This document shows, in pieces, positions 8,910 through 16,296 of a stretch of DNA of 20,000 nt (positions within the stretch are counted from its first letter, which is position 1; each line of letters opens with the position of its first letter). Made by a program: the position numbers and the translations under genes. Location of the stretch: IMG/VR virus record IMGVR_UViG_3300037792_000004; one strand, given 5' to 3'. This DNA is from an uncultured virus (IMG/VR IMGVR_UViG_3300037792_000004) (taxonomy: Duplodnaviria > Heunggongvirae > Uroviricota > Caudoviricetes). A model generated the notes under the pieces. The model saw only the letters and a program-made list of their open reading frames with translations, was not told where the DNA came from and ran no database searches.

Positions 8910-9077
8910 TCAGAGGGGGGACCCAAGGACGTGCCTTGACCGGCAGCTGCAGTAACACCCGCAAAACCGCATCAAACAGTGAGAACCGATCCCGGCAATG
9001 GCTCGGCCAGCCTCCCGGGCGCCGCTTTCGACGCCCGAGGCATCCAACCGGGCCAGCATTTGCAGGTTCAAGGTCAT
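8910..9077 (-). pseudogene. Truncated duplicate of the tape measure gene 5' end
   Basis: Own translation MTLNLQMLARLDASGVESGAREAGRAIAGIG is 20/31 identical, ungapped, to the TMP N-terminus MTLKLTMLATLDATGVVDGAKDAQKAIAGLG. Similarity ends near 8985; stop at 8910-8912. Confidence 0.85.
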
Positions 9078-9083
9078 GCCCGC

Positions 9084-9129
9084 ATCGTCGCGCGCGGGCG
9101 AGGGTCAAGCTATCCGGGTGGATGCGTGG
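9084..9129 (-). promoter_or_regulatory. Putative late promoter (copy C) ahead of the TMP fragment
   Basis: CCACGCATCCACCCGGATAG (9129-9110; 13/20 to copy B), 20 nt, GACGAT (9089-9084), ATG 6 nt further. Confidence 0.5.
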
Positions 9130-9159
9130 GATGCGAGAAGCAGGCAACCTGGACCAAAC

Positions 9160-9299
9160 CAAGTCTGTATCCAATTCGCCTAGTTGCCGATTGAGTAGTC
9201 GTTTGCGTAGCGAACCGATCCAATTTCGGCGCACCAAACGAGTTGGACAGATTTCATAATCGCCAGAACCAGTGGGTCAACTTAAATCAAGTCTGTATC
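9160..9299. repeat. 12-bp direct repeat CAAGTCTGTATC with an imperfect inverted partner between the copies
   Basis: Exact copies at 9160-9171 and 9288-9299; 9239-9254 is an imperfect reverse complement of 9161-9178. Confidence 0.55.
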
Positions 9300-9351
9300 T
9301 GCCGTGAGTTTATTCAAATTAGGATCAGGTTCTTTGGGGATCGCGGTTTAT

Positions 9352-9372
9352 AAAAATCGAACCAGATTCGAT
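9352..9372 (-). terminator. Possible intrinsic terminator of the SLATT gene
   Basis: Minus strand ATCGAA-TCTGG-TTCGAT then TTTT, immediately after the stop; weak stem. Confidence 0.45.
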
Positions 9373-9373
9373 A

Positions 9374-10021
9374 TTAACGGGCCCAAAAATACAGTGTAGT
9401 TATCACGGTGGGCGGCACCATGATCGAGATCAACATTATTGACCAACAATCAAACCAATATTTTATTGGCTGATAAAATGAATATATGTAATCACCAGCA
9501 TGTTTGCCGATGTTTATTCTGAAAGTACGATAATCAGTCTCTGAATGGTTATCTGCGAAATCATGGACCAACTCATTGTAACTTTTGACTGCATCTGCGA
9601 CGTCTTCTTTGGAAAGGCGACTGATACGTCGGGCAAACTCAAGTTCATCTCGTAATCTTTGTATTCCCTGTGCGCATCGTAAGAACAGTTCTGCCTTAAG
9701 ATCATGCTTCTTACCCTGCTCAAGAACTGAAAAAGCAATAATGAATGCAGACATTACCATGTTGGCGATTATGAGGTGTTGTTCGAGGTTTCCGAACGCG
9801 CTCAAATCGTAGATAGCCAGAATTGTGCTAGTAGTGAAAACGTACATTGAGAGCGCAATAATGGACCAAATAGATGCAGTAGCGCGCCTTTGATGCCTTC
9901 TTGCGGCCTGGTATCTGGCACCCTTTGTAAGGTGCATTCTATACAGCAGAGTGTCGACGTATTCATCAAGCTCAGCCTCGCTCGGCTCTGGGGTGCTTTT
10001 CACAACCTCAGCTACAGTCAT
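9374..10021 (-). CDS. SLATT-domain (SLATT_5-like) transmembrane effector
   Basis: TKGARYQAARR before two TM helices, KAELFLRCAQGIQRL, YNELV...NHSETDY, and a third C-terminal TM. Confidence 0.82.
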   Translation of the reverse strand: MTVAEVVKSTPEPSEAELDEYVDTLLYRMHLTKGARYQAARRHQRRATASIWSIIALSMYVFTTSTILAIYDLSAFGNLEQHLIIANMVMSAFIIAFSVLEQGKKHDLKAELFLRCAQGIQRLRDELEFARRISRLSKEDVADAVKSYNELVHDFADNHSETDYRTFRINIGKHAGDYIYSFYQPIKYWFDCWSIMLISIMVPPTVITTLYFWAR

Positions 10022-10112
10022 ATGCGACTTCCCCGCGTTATTTCCTGAACCACACCAGAATATTGATGAATAATTTTAATGTATCAAGATATCATTTCTG
10101 GATACGTCCGCT

Positions 10113-10484
10113 TCACCTATTCAAAACCTCCAGCGCCGCCGCTTCCATAACCCGCAGCTCCCCCAAAAGCCGCTGCCAGGCCCGTCGGTTCCGGCCCCGG
10201 AACGCCGCCGCCGCCGCCGCATAATCCAGCCCGCACCAGATCAGCCCGCCCGCCCCGGCGACCACCCGCCACTGGGTTTCCAGCGCCACAAAGGCCGTGA
10301 CCGCACGCCAGTTGACACGCGGGACGTCGAAGAACTCTAGGTCTGTTGGATAAGTGTCCGGCACTTTGAGGCCGAGCGCCCGGAACTCATCGGCAGTGTC
10401 CGTGTCCAGTTCGGCTGGTTTTTCGGGATCGGACAGGCCGCGCCACGCATGCGCCCAGGCGCGGGCAGCCTCCTTCAGTTTTTT
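10113..10484 (-). CDS. DUF1799-like tail chaperone extension (T part of gpGT), reached by -1 frameshift
   Basis: NWRAVTAFVALETQWR..GLDY..LRVMEAAAL motifs; no convincing own start; frame is -1 relative to the upstream chaperone. Confidence 0.8.
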   Translation of the reverse strand, partial: KKLKEAARAWAHAWRGLSDPEKPAELDTDTADEFRALGLKVPDTYPTDLEFFDVPRVNWRAVTAFVALETQWRVVAGAGGLIWCGLDYAAAAAAFRGRNRRAWQRLLGELRVMEAAALEVLNR

Positions 10485-10831
10485 GCCCTTGCACCGTGAC
10501 CATTTGGGGCTGCCTGGCCGTTCAAGGCTGACAGATAGGCCCGGTAAACAGCGATCCGGAAATGCTGATAGGGAAGGCACTTCCTGAGCGCTTCGCCGCT
10601 GAAAGGGGCCGGATTGCCGTCCTCATCATGGACATTGCGCCAATCGGTCAAGATCGTTGAGATCAGCTGCTCCTGGCCCTCAGATTCCAGTTCGGCCAGC
10701 TGTTCGTGGCTGGTCATCAGGAACTTGCCCTCAAAGTCCTGCTGGCAGAGTTCGCCGGGCCTGTCCGGGTCGGGCAGGGAAACCGTGACCGGCCACCAAA
10801 ACGAATAAGGATCGCAGATCTGGAAATGCAT
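10475..10831 (-). CDS. Tail assembly chaperone (lambda gpG analogue)
   Basis: FWWPVTV..P, DWRNVHDEDGNPAPFS, ends AKN* on a slippery site; follows the tail tube gene. Confidence 0.85.
   Translation of the reverse strand: MHFQICDPYSFWWPVTVSLPDPDRPGELCQQDFEGKFLMTSHEQLAELESEGQEQLISTILTDWRNVHDEDGNPAPFSGEALRKCLPYQHFRIAVYRAYLSALNGQAAPNGHGARAKN
10478..10484 (-). promoter_or_regulatory. -1 ribosomal frameshift heptamer A AAA AAC
   Basis: GCA AAA AAC TGA at the chaperone end; the -1 frame continues ..K L K E A A R A W into the DUF1799-like ORF. Confidence 0.8.
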
Positions 10832-10839
10832 GATGGTTC

Positions 10840-11763
10840 CTATCTGATGCTGAGTGTGAACTCGTCGTCACCGGTCTGAGGCTGGAAGATCAGCGGCAGT
10901 GTGTAGTTTGTGATGCGGTTGGTCTCGCCTGATGTGGGGCGGCCGATTTGAACGGACGGTGCATTCAGCCGGACGATGTGGCCAGCCACAGTGCCGTGGG
11001 TGAGTTGCAAGGCCCCGGTGGTCTTGGCCTGGGCAATGTCGAACCAGTTGATGTCGGCCATCGCCTTGGCTTCGACCACCACTGAGCCCGTCGATTGCCG
11101 GTCAACCAGCTGGATGCGTTCATCCCCGATCAGAAAGCGCGGGACCACCTCGACGCCGAGATCGAACGCCACCCGCTCGGAAATCCGGGCAGCCCCGTGC
11201 AGCGAAAAACTGGTGTTGGCATTGGAGACCGGAAGCGGTTTTTGAAACGCGGTGACATCGGCCGCGGGCAGGGCGCTGTCCGAAACGGTGCCAAGCAGAC
11301 CCATAAGCGTGAACCGGAACCGGGGGATCTGCTTTGGCGCAAACTCAAGCTGGAAGGTTCCGCGGCACCCCAGCGCGACATGCCGGACGCCGTCCTGATT
11401 GAAATAGACCGAGACACTTTCTTCGCCGTCCGAAACCGGCTCATAGTCCACCGATGTCGCTGGGGTGATCGTCTCAGATAGACCGCAGGCCCGCAGCAAA
11501 GCGCCATAGGCAGGCAAGGTTCCGGCCGCCCCGGCGCTTGCAGCTTCGACCGAAAACTCCATCTGCACATAGTTGCCGACAAGCTCGATGCCCTGATGGC
11601 CCAGCCAGGGAAGCAGCAAATCCCGGTTGATGTCCTCCCCGGCCAGCGGTGTCAGGGTGACATCCGTTGCTAGGATCGCATTGGCGGCACCCGTCGGAAC
11701 ACTGTCGGTGCCGTAAACCGGTTCGATTTTCGCCAGGATGGCAAGTTTCCGGTGCTTGCGCAT
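10840..11763 (-). CDS. Major tail tube protein
   Basis: Start ATG 11763 after AAAGGA. LAKIE..YGTD, P.YGALLRACG, GCRGT, LTHGTVAGHIV, DDEFTL motifs; no sheath gene present. Confidence 0.85.
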   Translation of the reverse strand: MRKHRKLAILAKIEPVYGTDSVPTGAANAILATDVTLTPLAGEDINRDLLLPWLGHQGIELVGNYVQMEFSVEAASAGAAGTLPAYGALLRACGLSETITPATSVDYEPVSDGEESVSVYFNQDGVRHVALGCRGTFQLEFAPKQIPRFRFTLMGLLGTVSDSALPAADVTAFQKPLPVSNANTSFSLHGAARISERVAFDLGVEVVPRFLIGDERIQLVDRQSTGSVVVEAKAMADINWFDIAQAKTTGALQLTHGTVAGHIVRLNAPSVQIGRPTSGETNRITNYTLPLIFQPQTGDDEFTLSIR

Positions 11764-11765
11764 GG

Positions 11766-12011
11766 TTATTTGTCCTTTCTTCTCACGGGCGGTTCGCACG
11801 ACGTGCTGCCCTCCGAAGCAGGCGGCGCATCCGCGCCTGCGCGCGGTCGCGCTTGCGGCGCTTTTGGCGCTGGGCTCTTTTTCCTTGGAAGTTTGGATTT
11901 AGCCGTCCCGGACTTGATCCGGGACCGCTCATCTTCGCGCACCCGTTCGCCCGTGTCCGGATCCCGCAGATACCGCCCGCCCAGGCGTGGGGCACAGGTC
12001 GTCTCGCTCAT
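11766..12011 (-). CDS. Small hypothetical phage protein
   Basis: Fills the gap with an ATGA overlap; GGRYLRDPDTGER motif then a basic low-complexity tail; contains an in-frame palindromic repeat. Confidence 0.6.
   Translation of the reverse strand: MSETTCAPRLGGRYLRDPDTGERVREDERSRIKSGTAKSKLPRKKSPAPKAPQARPRAGADAPPASEGSTSCEPPVRRKDK
11905..11925. repeat. REP/RPE-like palindrome inside a CDS
   Basis: gtcccgga-cttga-tccgggac; read as SRIKSGT in ORF 11766..12011. Confidence 0.75.
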
Positions 12012-12436
12012 GAGGAGTGCTCCAGGTAGGAGGTCGCGCCATAAAGGTCCTCAAACCAGACGGTGCCCGATCGTGCTTTCAGCAGCTTGCCGGAGATGAA
12101 AATCAGTTCTGCATCGGTGCCAGCCGGAACAAATCCGATCAGCCTGGTGCGCACCCAGCCTTTCAAGGCCTCGATATCCCCGGCTGCGGCTGACATCCGG
12201 CCATCGGTGAGGTTCTCGGCGACAAGAATAACCGCGATGTCCGAGGCAAGCTCCTGAAGCACACCGCCGGTCGACCGGCTGTTGTCGCTGGCAGCTTCTT
12301 CAGCAATCAGCACATAGGCCGCCGGGACCGCGCGCCGGCGCTTTTCGATCGCGGCAAATTCTATGGCACCGGCAACCTCTTTAAACGGCGTTCCAGACCC
12401 CTTTAAACGGCCGATAATGGAGGCAATCAGGCTCAT
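12008..12436 (-). CDS. Gp37-like tail terminator/completion protein
   Basis: VAGAIEFAA, PAAYV, LIGFVP, SGKLL..TVWFED; position between neck and tube genes. Confidence 0.75.
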   Translation of the reverse strand: MSLIASIIGRLKGSGTPFKEVAGAIEFAAIEKRRRAVPAAYVLIAEEAASDNSRSTGGVLQELASDIAVILVAENLTDGRMSAAAGDIEALKGWVRTRLIGFVPAGTDAELIFISGKLLKARSGTVWFEDLYGATSYLEHSS

Positions 12437-13032
12437 GCGGGTTTGTCTCCCTCGGCTGCGGCTTCAAAATGGGCCTCAGTGATCGCTAAAATCTCGGCAC
12501 GGTCTCCGTCTGAAAACCCGAGATACGGGCGCGCAGGAATGACGATCGTGCGCTGCCCATATGTGACTTGCTTCTCGGTGACCCGTTTTTGGGCTTTACG
12601 GGCAAAGCGGAGCTGATTGCCCACCTTTCGGAACCGCACCTTCCGGCTCTGCGGGTACTGCGTGATGGTGCCGCCATGCTGGTGGATACCGGCATAGGTG
12701 AGATTGGTGCCGGTGGCCGCTTCCGTTTCCGATGCCTCCGCCACGATCGACTGGTACAGCCGGTTGCTGTCACGCAGGAGTTTTGGTGTGACGTCCTGAT
12801 CCGCACTTCGCGCCCTGTTGATCCGCGCTTGGGCCGTTTTCGGTGCATGGCGCGGCCAGGCAGCTCCCTCCGGATCGCTTTCGGTTTCAAAGCGCCGCTG
12901 GACAGAGAACAGCATGGCGCCGGAAATCTCCTGCATCAGCGCGAGGGTGTCGCCGTCGGCGGCCGCGACCCGGGACAGGGCCGCATTGATCTCGGCATCT
13001 TCGATCGTGATGGCAGAAGACACACCGGTCAT
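12433..13032 (-). CDS. Phage virion morphogenesis protein (Mu gpG/P2 gpS family)
   Basis: RRFETESDPEG..W, LRDSNRLYQSI, GTNLTYAGIHQHGG, IPARPYLGFS. Confidence 0.92.
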   Translation of the reverse strand: MTGVSSAITIEDAEINAALSRVAAADGDTLALMQEISGAMLFSVQRRFETESDPEGAAWPRHAPKTAQARINRARSADQDVTPKLLRDSNRLYQSIVAEASETEAATGTNLTYAGIHQHGGTITQYPQSRKVRFRKVGNQLRFARKAQKRVTEKQVTYGQRTIVIPARPYLGFSDGDRAEILAITEAHFEAAAEGDKPA

Positions 13033-13463
13033 CAGAAGCCTCCGAGCGTGTCACGACTGAAGATGCGGCCAGGTGCGCTCACCTGGACCGCGCCGCCGCC
13101 GCTTTGTCCGGAGGTTTTGCCGTCGGCTTCGAGCTGCACGGTGCCATTGGCAACGTCTTTCAGCCAGGCAATGGCCCGCTCAAAGTCCCGCGTCACCGGA
13201 TCGTCCTTGTCCAGCCGGCGCCCGTGAAGATAATAGCGGCCGATCTGGCAGATCATCGGGATCAGCACATCGGGGACAGGGACAAGCGGCACCTGATATT
13301 TCTTGGCGATGTAACTGTCGGCCAGGTTCTCCGCATCTCTGATCGCCGCCGAGACAACTGCCGCGTCGATGGTGGTGGCCGGCAGGTTGGCCCGGTCGGT
13401 CAGCTGGATCAGCTCATCCTCGCCATACCGGTCAATCAGATCCTGTTGGGATGCATAGGCCAC
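13032..13463 (-). CDS. Mu gp36-like (DUF1320) head-tail connector
   Basis: YASQQDLIDRYGEDELIQLTDR, YQVPL, IGRYYL, AIAWLKDVANG; GTG start after GAGGA. Confidence 0.92.
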   Translation of the reverse strand: MAYASQQDLIDRYGEDELIQLTDRANLPATTIDAAVVSAAIRDAENLADSYIAKKYQVPLVPVPDVLIPMICQIGRYYLHGRRLDKDDPVTRDFERAIAWLKDVANGTVQLEADGKTSGQSGGGAVQVSAPGRIFSRDTLGGF

Positions 13464-13472
13464 GGCTTGTCC

Positions 13473-13703
13473 TCAGAGCTCGTGAACAACCAGATTGGCT
13501 TCGCTTTTCAGCGCACGGATCTCCGCCGCTGAAAACCGGCCCTCCGGATAATCGATAGCGTTCGCCGGATGATGCACACCGCAGCGCCGGAAGCCTTCGG
13601 CCGGTTTTGCCGTGATCCGGAGCGCCATTTTCGGTTGCTCTGCCTCTGATGGGGCAGGGGCAGACTTTGAGGCGGTTGCTTTTGTTTTGGTCGCGGTGGT
13701 CAT
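13473..13703 (-). CDS. HI1506/FluMu gp35-like small protein
   Basis: LRITAK..GFRRCGVHH..LKSEANLVV; position right after the capsid gene. Confidence 0.8.
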   Translation of the reverse strand: MTTATKTKATASKSAPAPSEAEQPKMALRITAKPAEGFRRCGVHHPANAIDYPEGRFSAAEIRALKSEANLVVHEL

Positions 13704-13757
13704 GACAGGGTGTCCTTATGGTGAGGCTTGCGGACAGGCGCGGGCGGCGCCGGTTCG

Positions 13758-13795
13758 AAAACCCCGTTGTCCGGAGGCGGGCACCCGGACAACGG
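13758..13795 (-). terminator. Stem-loop terminator/attenuator after the major capsid gene
   Basis: Perfect 11-bp stem ccgttgtccgg (13764-13774) / ccggacaacgg (13785-13795), followed on the minus strand by GGTTTT. Confidence 0.7.
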
Positions 13796-13815
13796 AAAAG
13801 GGCGGGGGAGCGGGC

Positions 13816-14712
13816 TTAGGCGAGCCAGGGAACGACCAGGACTTCGGCTGTACCGGCCCATTTGTTGGTTTCGCCGCCGTTGATCAATTTGCTTTGCACG
13901 ATCTCGTTGGCCGCCCCTTCCAAAGACGGCGGAACAACCAGCAGGCGGGGATTGATGGCAAGCGGTTTGCCGAAATCCGCTTTCAACTCCCCCAGGCCAA
14001 CCCGTGCGTTTTCATAGGTGGCCGCGTTGAGCGTCTGTTTGGAGCCCCAGGCCATTTGCCAGAAGCCATATCCGCTTTGCGCCCGGCCATCGAGGCCGTA
14101 GATGAACTGCTTTTGCATGAAGACGTTTTGATCGTCTTCCTTGTCCATGCGGATCAGCCGGTTCGGCCGTTTGCGGTCCTGAAAGATGAACGGTTTGAGC
14201 GGTCGGCTGACATCAAGCAGGTACCAGGGCGTGCCGGAGCCGCCGTCGGTGTTGGCAACGGAGATAGGCTCGCCGTTTTCATCCAGCACCGGGTGGTCGG
14301 TATCGAAGAAATACTGGCCGTCGTAACATGTCTGGCTGAAGCCGTTTTTCAAAAGCGGCCAGATCAGATCATCGGGAAAGGTGGCCGAGGCCATGCCGAG
14401 ATCGCGGAACATTGGTCCATAGATCCCGAGATTGTCGTCATCGAAATCATCCCGGTCGACCTCGACGGTCAGTTCAAACGACCTGTTCTTGAGCGTATAG
14501 CCATGTTTGGCGAGCGAATTGATCACCCGGTCGCCGACCCATTCGCGGAACCGTGGAAACTTGCCGAGCCAGCCATACTCGTTTTCCCGGGTGGTCGAGG
14601 TGACGGTGGTCGCAACCCGGCTGGCCATGCTGCTCGCCTCGGCAAGCCCGTTTTGAAACGCGGCGTTAAAACCGACATAGGCCGACTGAAGGGTCTGTGT
14701 GTTGATGTCCAT
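13816..14712 (-). CDS. Mu-like major capsid protein gpT
   Basis: YGWLGKFPRFREWVGDR, CYDGQYFFDTDHPV, WYLLD..KPFIFQDR, GYGFWQMAW, LVVPPSLE. Start ATG 14712 after GGAG. Confidence 0.96.
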   Translation of the reverse strand: MDINTQTLQSAYVGFNAAFQNGLAEASSMASRVATTVTSTTRENEYGWLGKFPRFREWVGDRVINSLAKHGYTLKNRSFELTVEVDRDDFDDDNLGIYGPMFRDLGMASATFPDDLIWPLLKNGFSQTCYDGQYFFDTDHPVLDENGEPISVANTDGGSGTPWYLLDVSRPLKPFIFQDRKRPNRLIRMDKEDDQNVFMQKQFIYGLDGRAQSGYGFWQMAWGSKQTLNAATYENARVGLGELKADFGKPLAINPRLLVVPPSLEGAANEIVQSKLINGGETNKWAGTAEVLVVPWLA

Positions 14713-14757
14713 GTCAAAGGGACTCCGTTGTCCGTGCGGGTGCCCCGCCACTTAAAA

Positions 14758-14825
14758 CCTCATCCTGAGGGCCGCGAAGCGGCGTCTCGAAGGATCTCAA
14801 TGCCGCCCCGGACCTGATCCGGGGC
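14758..14825. repeat. Two adjacent REP-like elements between decoration and capsid genes
   Basis: cctcatcctgagg-gccgc-gaa-gcggc-gtctcgaagga (a second repeat class) and gccccgga-cctga-tccggggc (14805-14825). Confidence 0.7.
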
Positions 14826-14835
14826 CTCTCCTTGA

Positions 14836-15246
14836 TCAGCGGAACTCGACCCAGACGCCGTTCGCATCGACGTCAAAGACCGTGCCGGCAGCGGACCGGG
14901 TTCCGGTGCCATCGGTTTTGGCAACGGTCTGATCATCGACGCCGTAACAGGTCGTCCCGATGTCCGATTGGGTGATTTCATCGGCTGCAGCTGAATTGGC
15001 GAAACGAAAACAGCCGGTTTTCACTTGGGTCCGGATGGCGCCTGAAGCACCGGCGGAATTGTCGGCACGCGCCTCGCAGCGGCCAACGGCGCGCAAGGCA
15101 CTGGAGGCCGACATCGGGACAAGTTCATTGGACGCGTTGAGCGCGGCCATTGCCCCGGCATAAAGGGTGGTTGCGGCGGCGAGCGGAAATTCCCGGAGAG
15201 CGGCAACGCGTTCCGGCGTGCGCCGGTCTGTGGTCAGGGCGGTCAT
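14836..15246 (-). CDS. Capsid decoration/cement protein (DUF2190-like)
   Basis: ALTTDRRTP, ADNSAG, DIGTTCYGVDDQTV, GVWV; between protease and capsid genes. Confidence 0.8.
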   Translation of the reverse strand: MTALTTDRRTPERVAALREFPLAAATTLYAGAMAALNASNELVPMSASSALRAVGRCEARADNSAGASGAIRTQVKTGCFRFANSAAADEITQSDIGTTCYGVDDQTVAKTDGTGTRSAAGTVFDVDANGVWVEFR

Positions 15247-15776
15247 GACTGCAGATCCTTTTTCGCGGCAACCATGGCGTCCCGGTCAAGTCCCATCTGG
15301 GACATGATCTCAAGATCAGCGTCACTCAGATCCGGATCGCCGGTCTGTTTGGGCTGACTGCCGAGCTGGGTGCTGGTGAGCTCCGGAGCGCTGGCCGTGA
15401 AGGCCTCGAATTTCTCTGGATCTTTGCGGGCAAGATCCAGGCCCCAGTCTTTCAGCGCCGGCGCAAGCTTGCCAGCTTCGATCGCCGCAGTGACCAAGGT
15501 CTCAGCCTTGCCGTCAGCGTGATCGCTCTGAAGCTTTTTGACATCCGCTTGCAGGGCTTCAACCTGTGCGATCGGCACGTATTTGGCCGGATCGGGGGGC
15601 GTGCCGGCCATCGCCTTGGTGACGGCTGCCGTGATCGCCTCTGTGCTTGCATCCTCATCCAGGCTGACGGCAAGCGCGATGGCGGATTGAGTGGCGGTCA
15701 GGGCTTTGATCGCCGACACCGCATCGGCCACGGTCGCGTCCCCGGCAAGACCGAGGGCTTCCAGGAGTTCGTCCAT
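15243..15776 (-). CDS. Scaffold protein (Mu gpZ-like) from an in-frame internal start
   Basis: AAAGGA-TCAGAC-ATG in frame within the protease gene (MDELLEALGL..DPAKYVP..), as known for Mu I/Z. Confidence 0.65.
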   Translation of the reverse strand: MDELLEALGLAGDATVADAVSAIKALTATQSAIALAVSLDEDASTEAITAAVTKAMAGTPPDPAKYVPIAQVEALQADVKKLQSDHADGKAETLVTAAIEAGKLAPALKDWGLDLARKDPEKFEAFTASAPELTSTQLGSQPKQTGDPDLSDADLEIMSQMGLDRDAMVAAKKDLQS

Positions 15777-16289
15777 GTCTGATCCTTTGGTGAGAGAGAG
15801 CTCGGCATGCGCGGCAACCGCGGCCAGGTCCATGGCCGGCGTGTTCAGAAGCGCTGCGCTGAAGAGCAGGGAGACGTGCCGGGTTGTCTTGTCCGGAGCA
15901 AAGGTCGGAGAGATGTAGCGGTATTCACCGGCGTCAATGGCGTCCCGTGCCGCGGCCGTCCATGCGACCCGGCCGTAGATCCCGTCGCCGCGGACCTCAA
16001 AATCCTTGACCCAGCCGGCCGCCTTGGCCGTGCCGCCAACGCCTTTGACCGCACCAAAGACGGACTGGTGATCGTAATCGATCATCAGCTCCGTGCCGCC
16101 GAGATAGTCTTTGGTCCGCTGGATGATAGCGGCCATCTCGTCCGCATCGCCGGCATGAAATGGGCCGCGCCCGTCCCGGGTCGAGAACGTTCCAGACGGC
16201 AGCAGCTTGATCCAGGCACCGCCCTCCGGCGGACCGGCATCAGCGGGGTCAGTGGCGCAAATAATGAGCTGTGAGGCGGATAAGGTCAT
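15243..16289 (-). CDS. Mu-like prohead protease gpI
   Basis: WIKLLPSG..RDGRGP, IDYDHQ, AAGWV, YRYISPTF, AALLNTPA. Start set at ATG 16289 (track start is TTG 16316, inside the putative promoter). Confidence 0.93.
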   Translation of the reverse strand: MTLSASQLIICATDPADAGPPEGGAWIKLLPSGTFSTRDGRGPFHAGDADEMAAIIQRTKDYLGGTELMIDYDHQSVFGAVKGVGGTAKAAGWVKDFEVRGDGIYGRVAWTAAARDAIDAGEYRYISPTFAPDKTTRHVSLLFSAALLNTPAMDLAAVAAHAELSLTKGSDMDELLEALGLAGDATVADAVSAIKALTATQSAIALAVSLDEDASTEAITAAVTKAMAGTPPDPAKYVPIAQVEALQADVKKLQSDHADGKAETLVTAAIEAGKLAPALKDWGLDLARKDPEKFEAFTASAPELTSTQLGSQPKQTGDPDLSDADLEIMSQMGLDRDAMVAAKKDLQS

Positions 16290-16296
16290 GCGGCAC

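Noticed and set aside
8732..9259. 175-aa plus ORF and overlapping 114-aa minus ORF
   Set aside because: They read through REP palindromes (WIPDQVGDD-type peptides), the TMP stub and the promoter motif; no coding signal.
8801..9299. CRISPR array or RT-associated (retron/DRT) ncRNA
   Set aside because: Only pairs of repeats, irregular spacing, no cas or RT gene in the window.
10485..10580. N-terminal part of track ORF 10113..10580
   Set aside because: Overlaps the chaperone gene out of frame; better explained by the -1 frameshift.
13612..14817. 401-aa plus-strand ORF
   Set aside because: Antisense shadow of the major capsid gene in high-GC DNA; no motifs.
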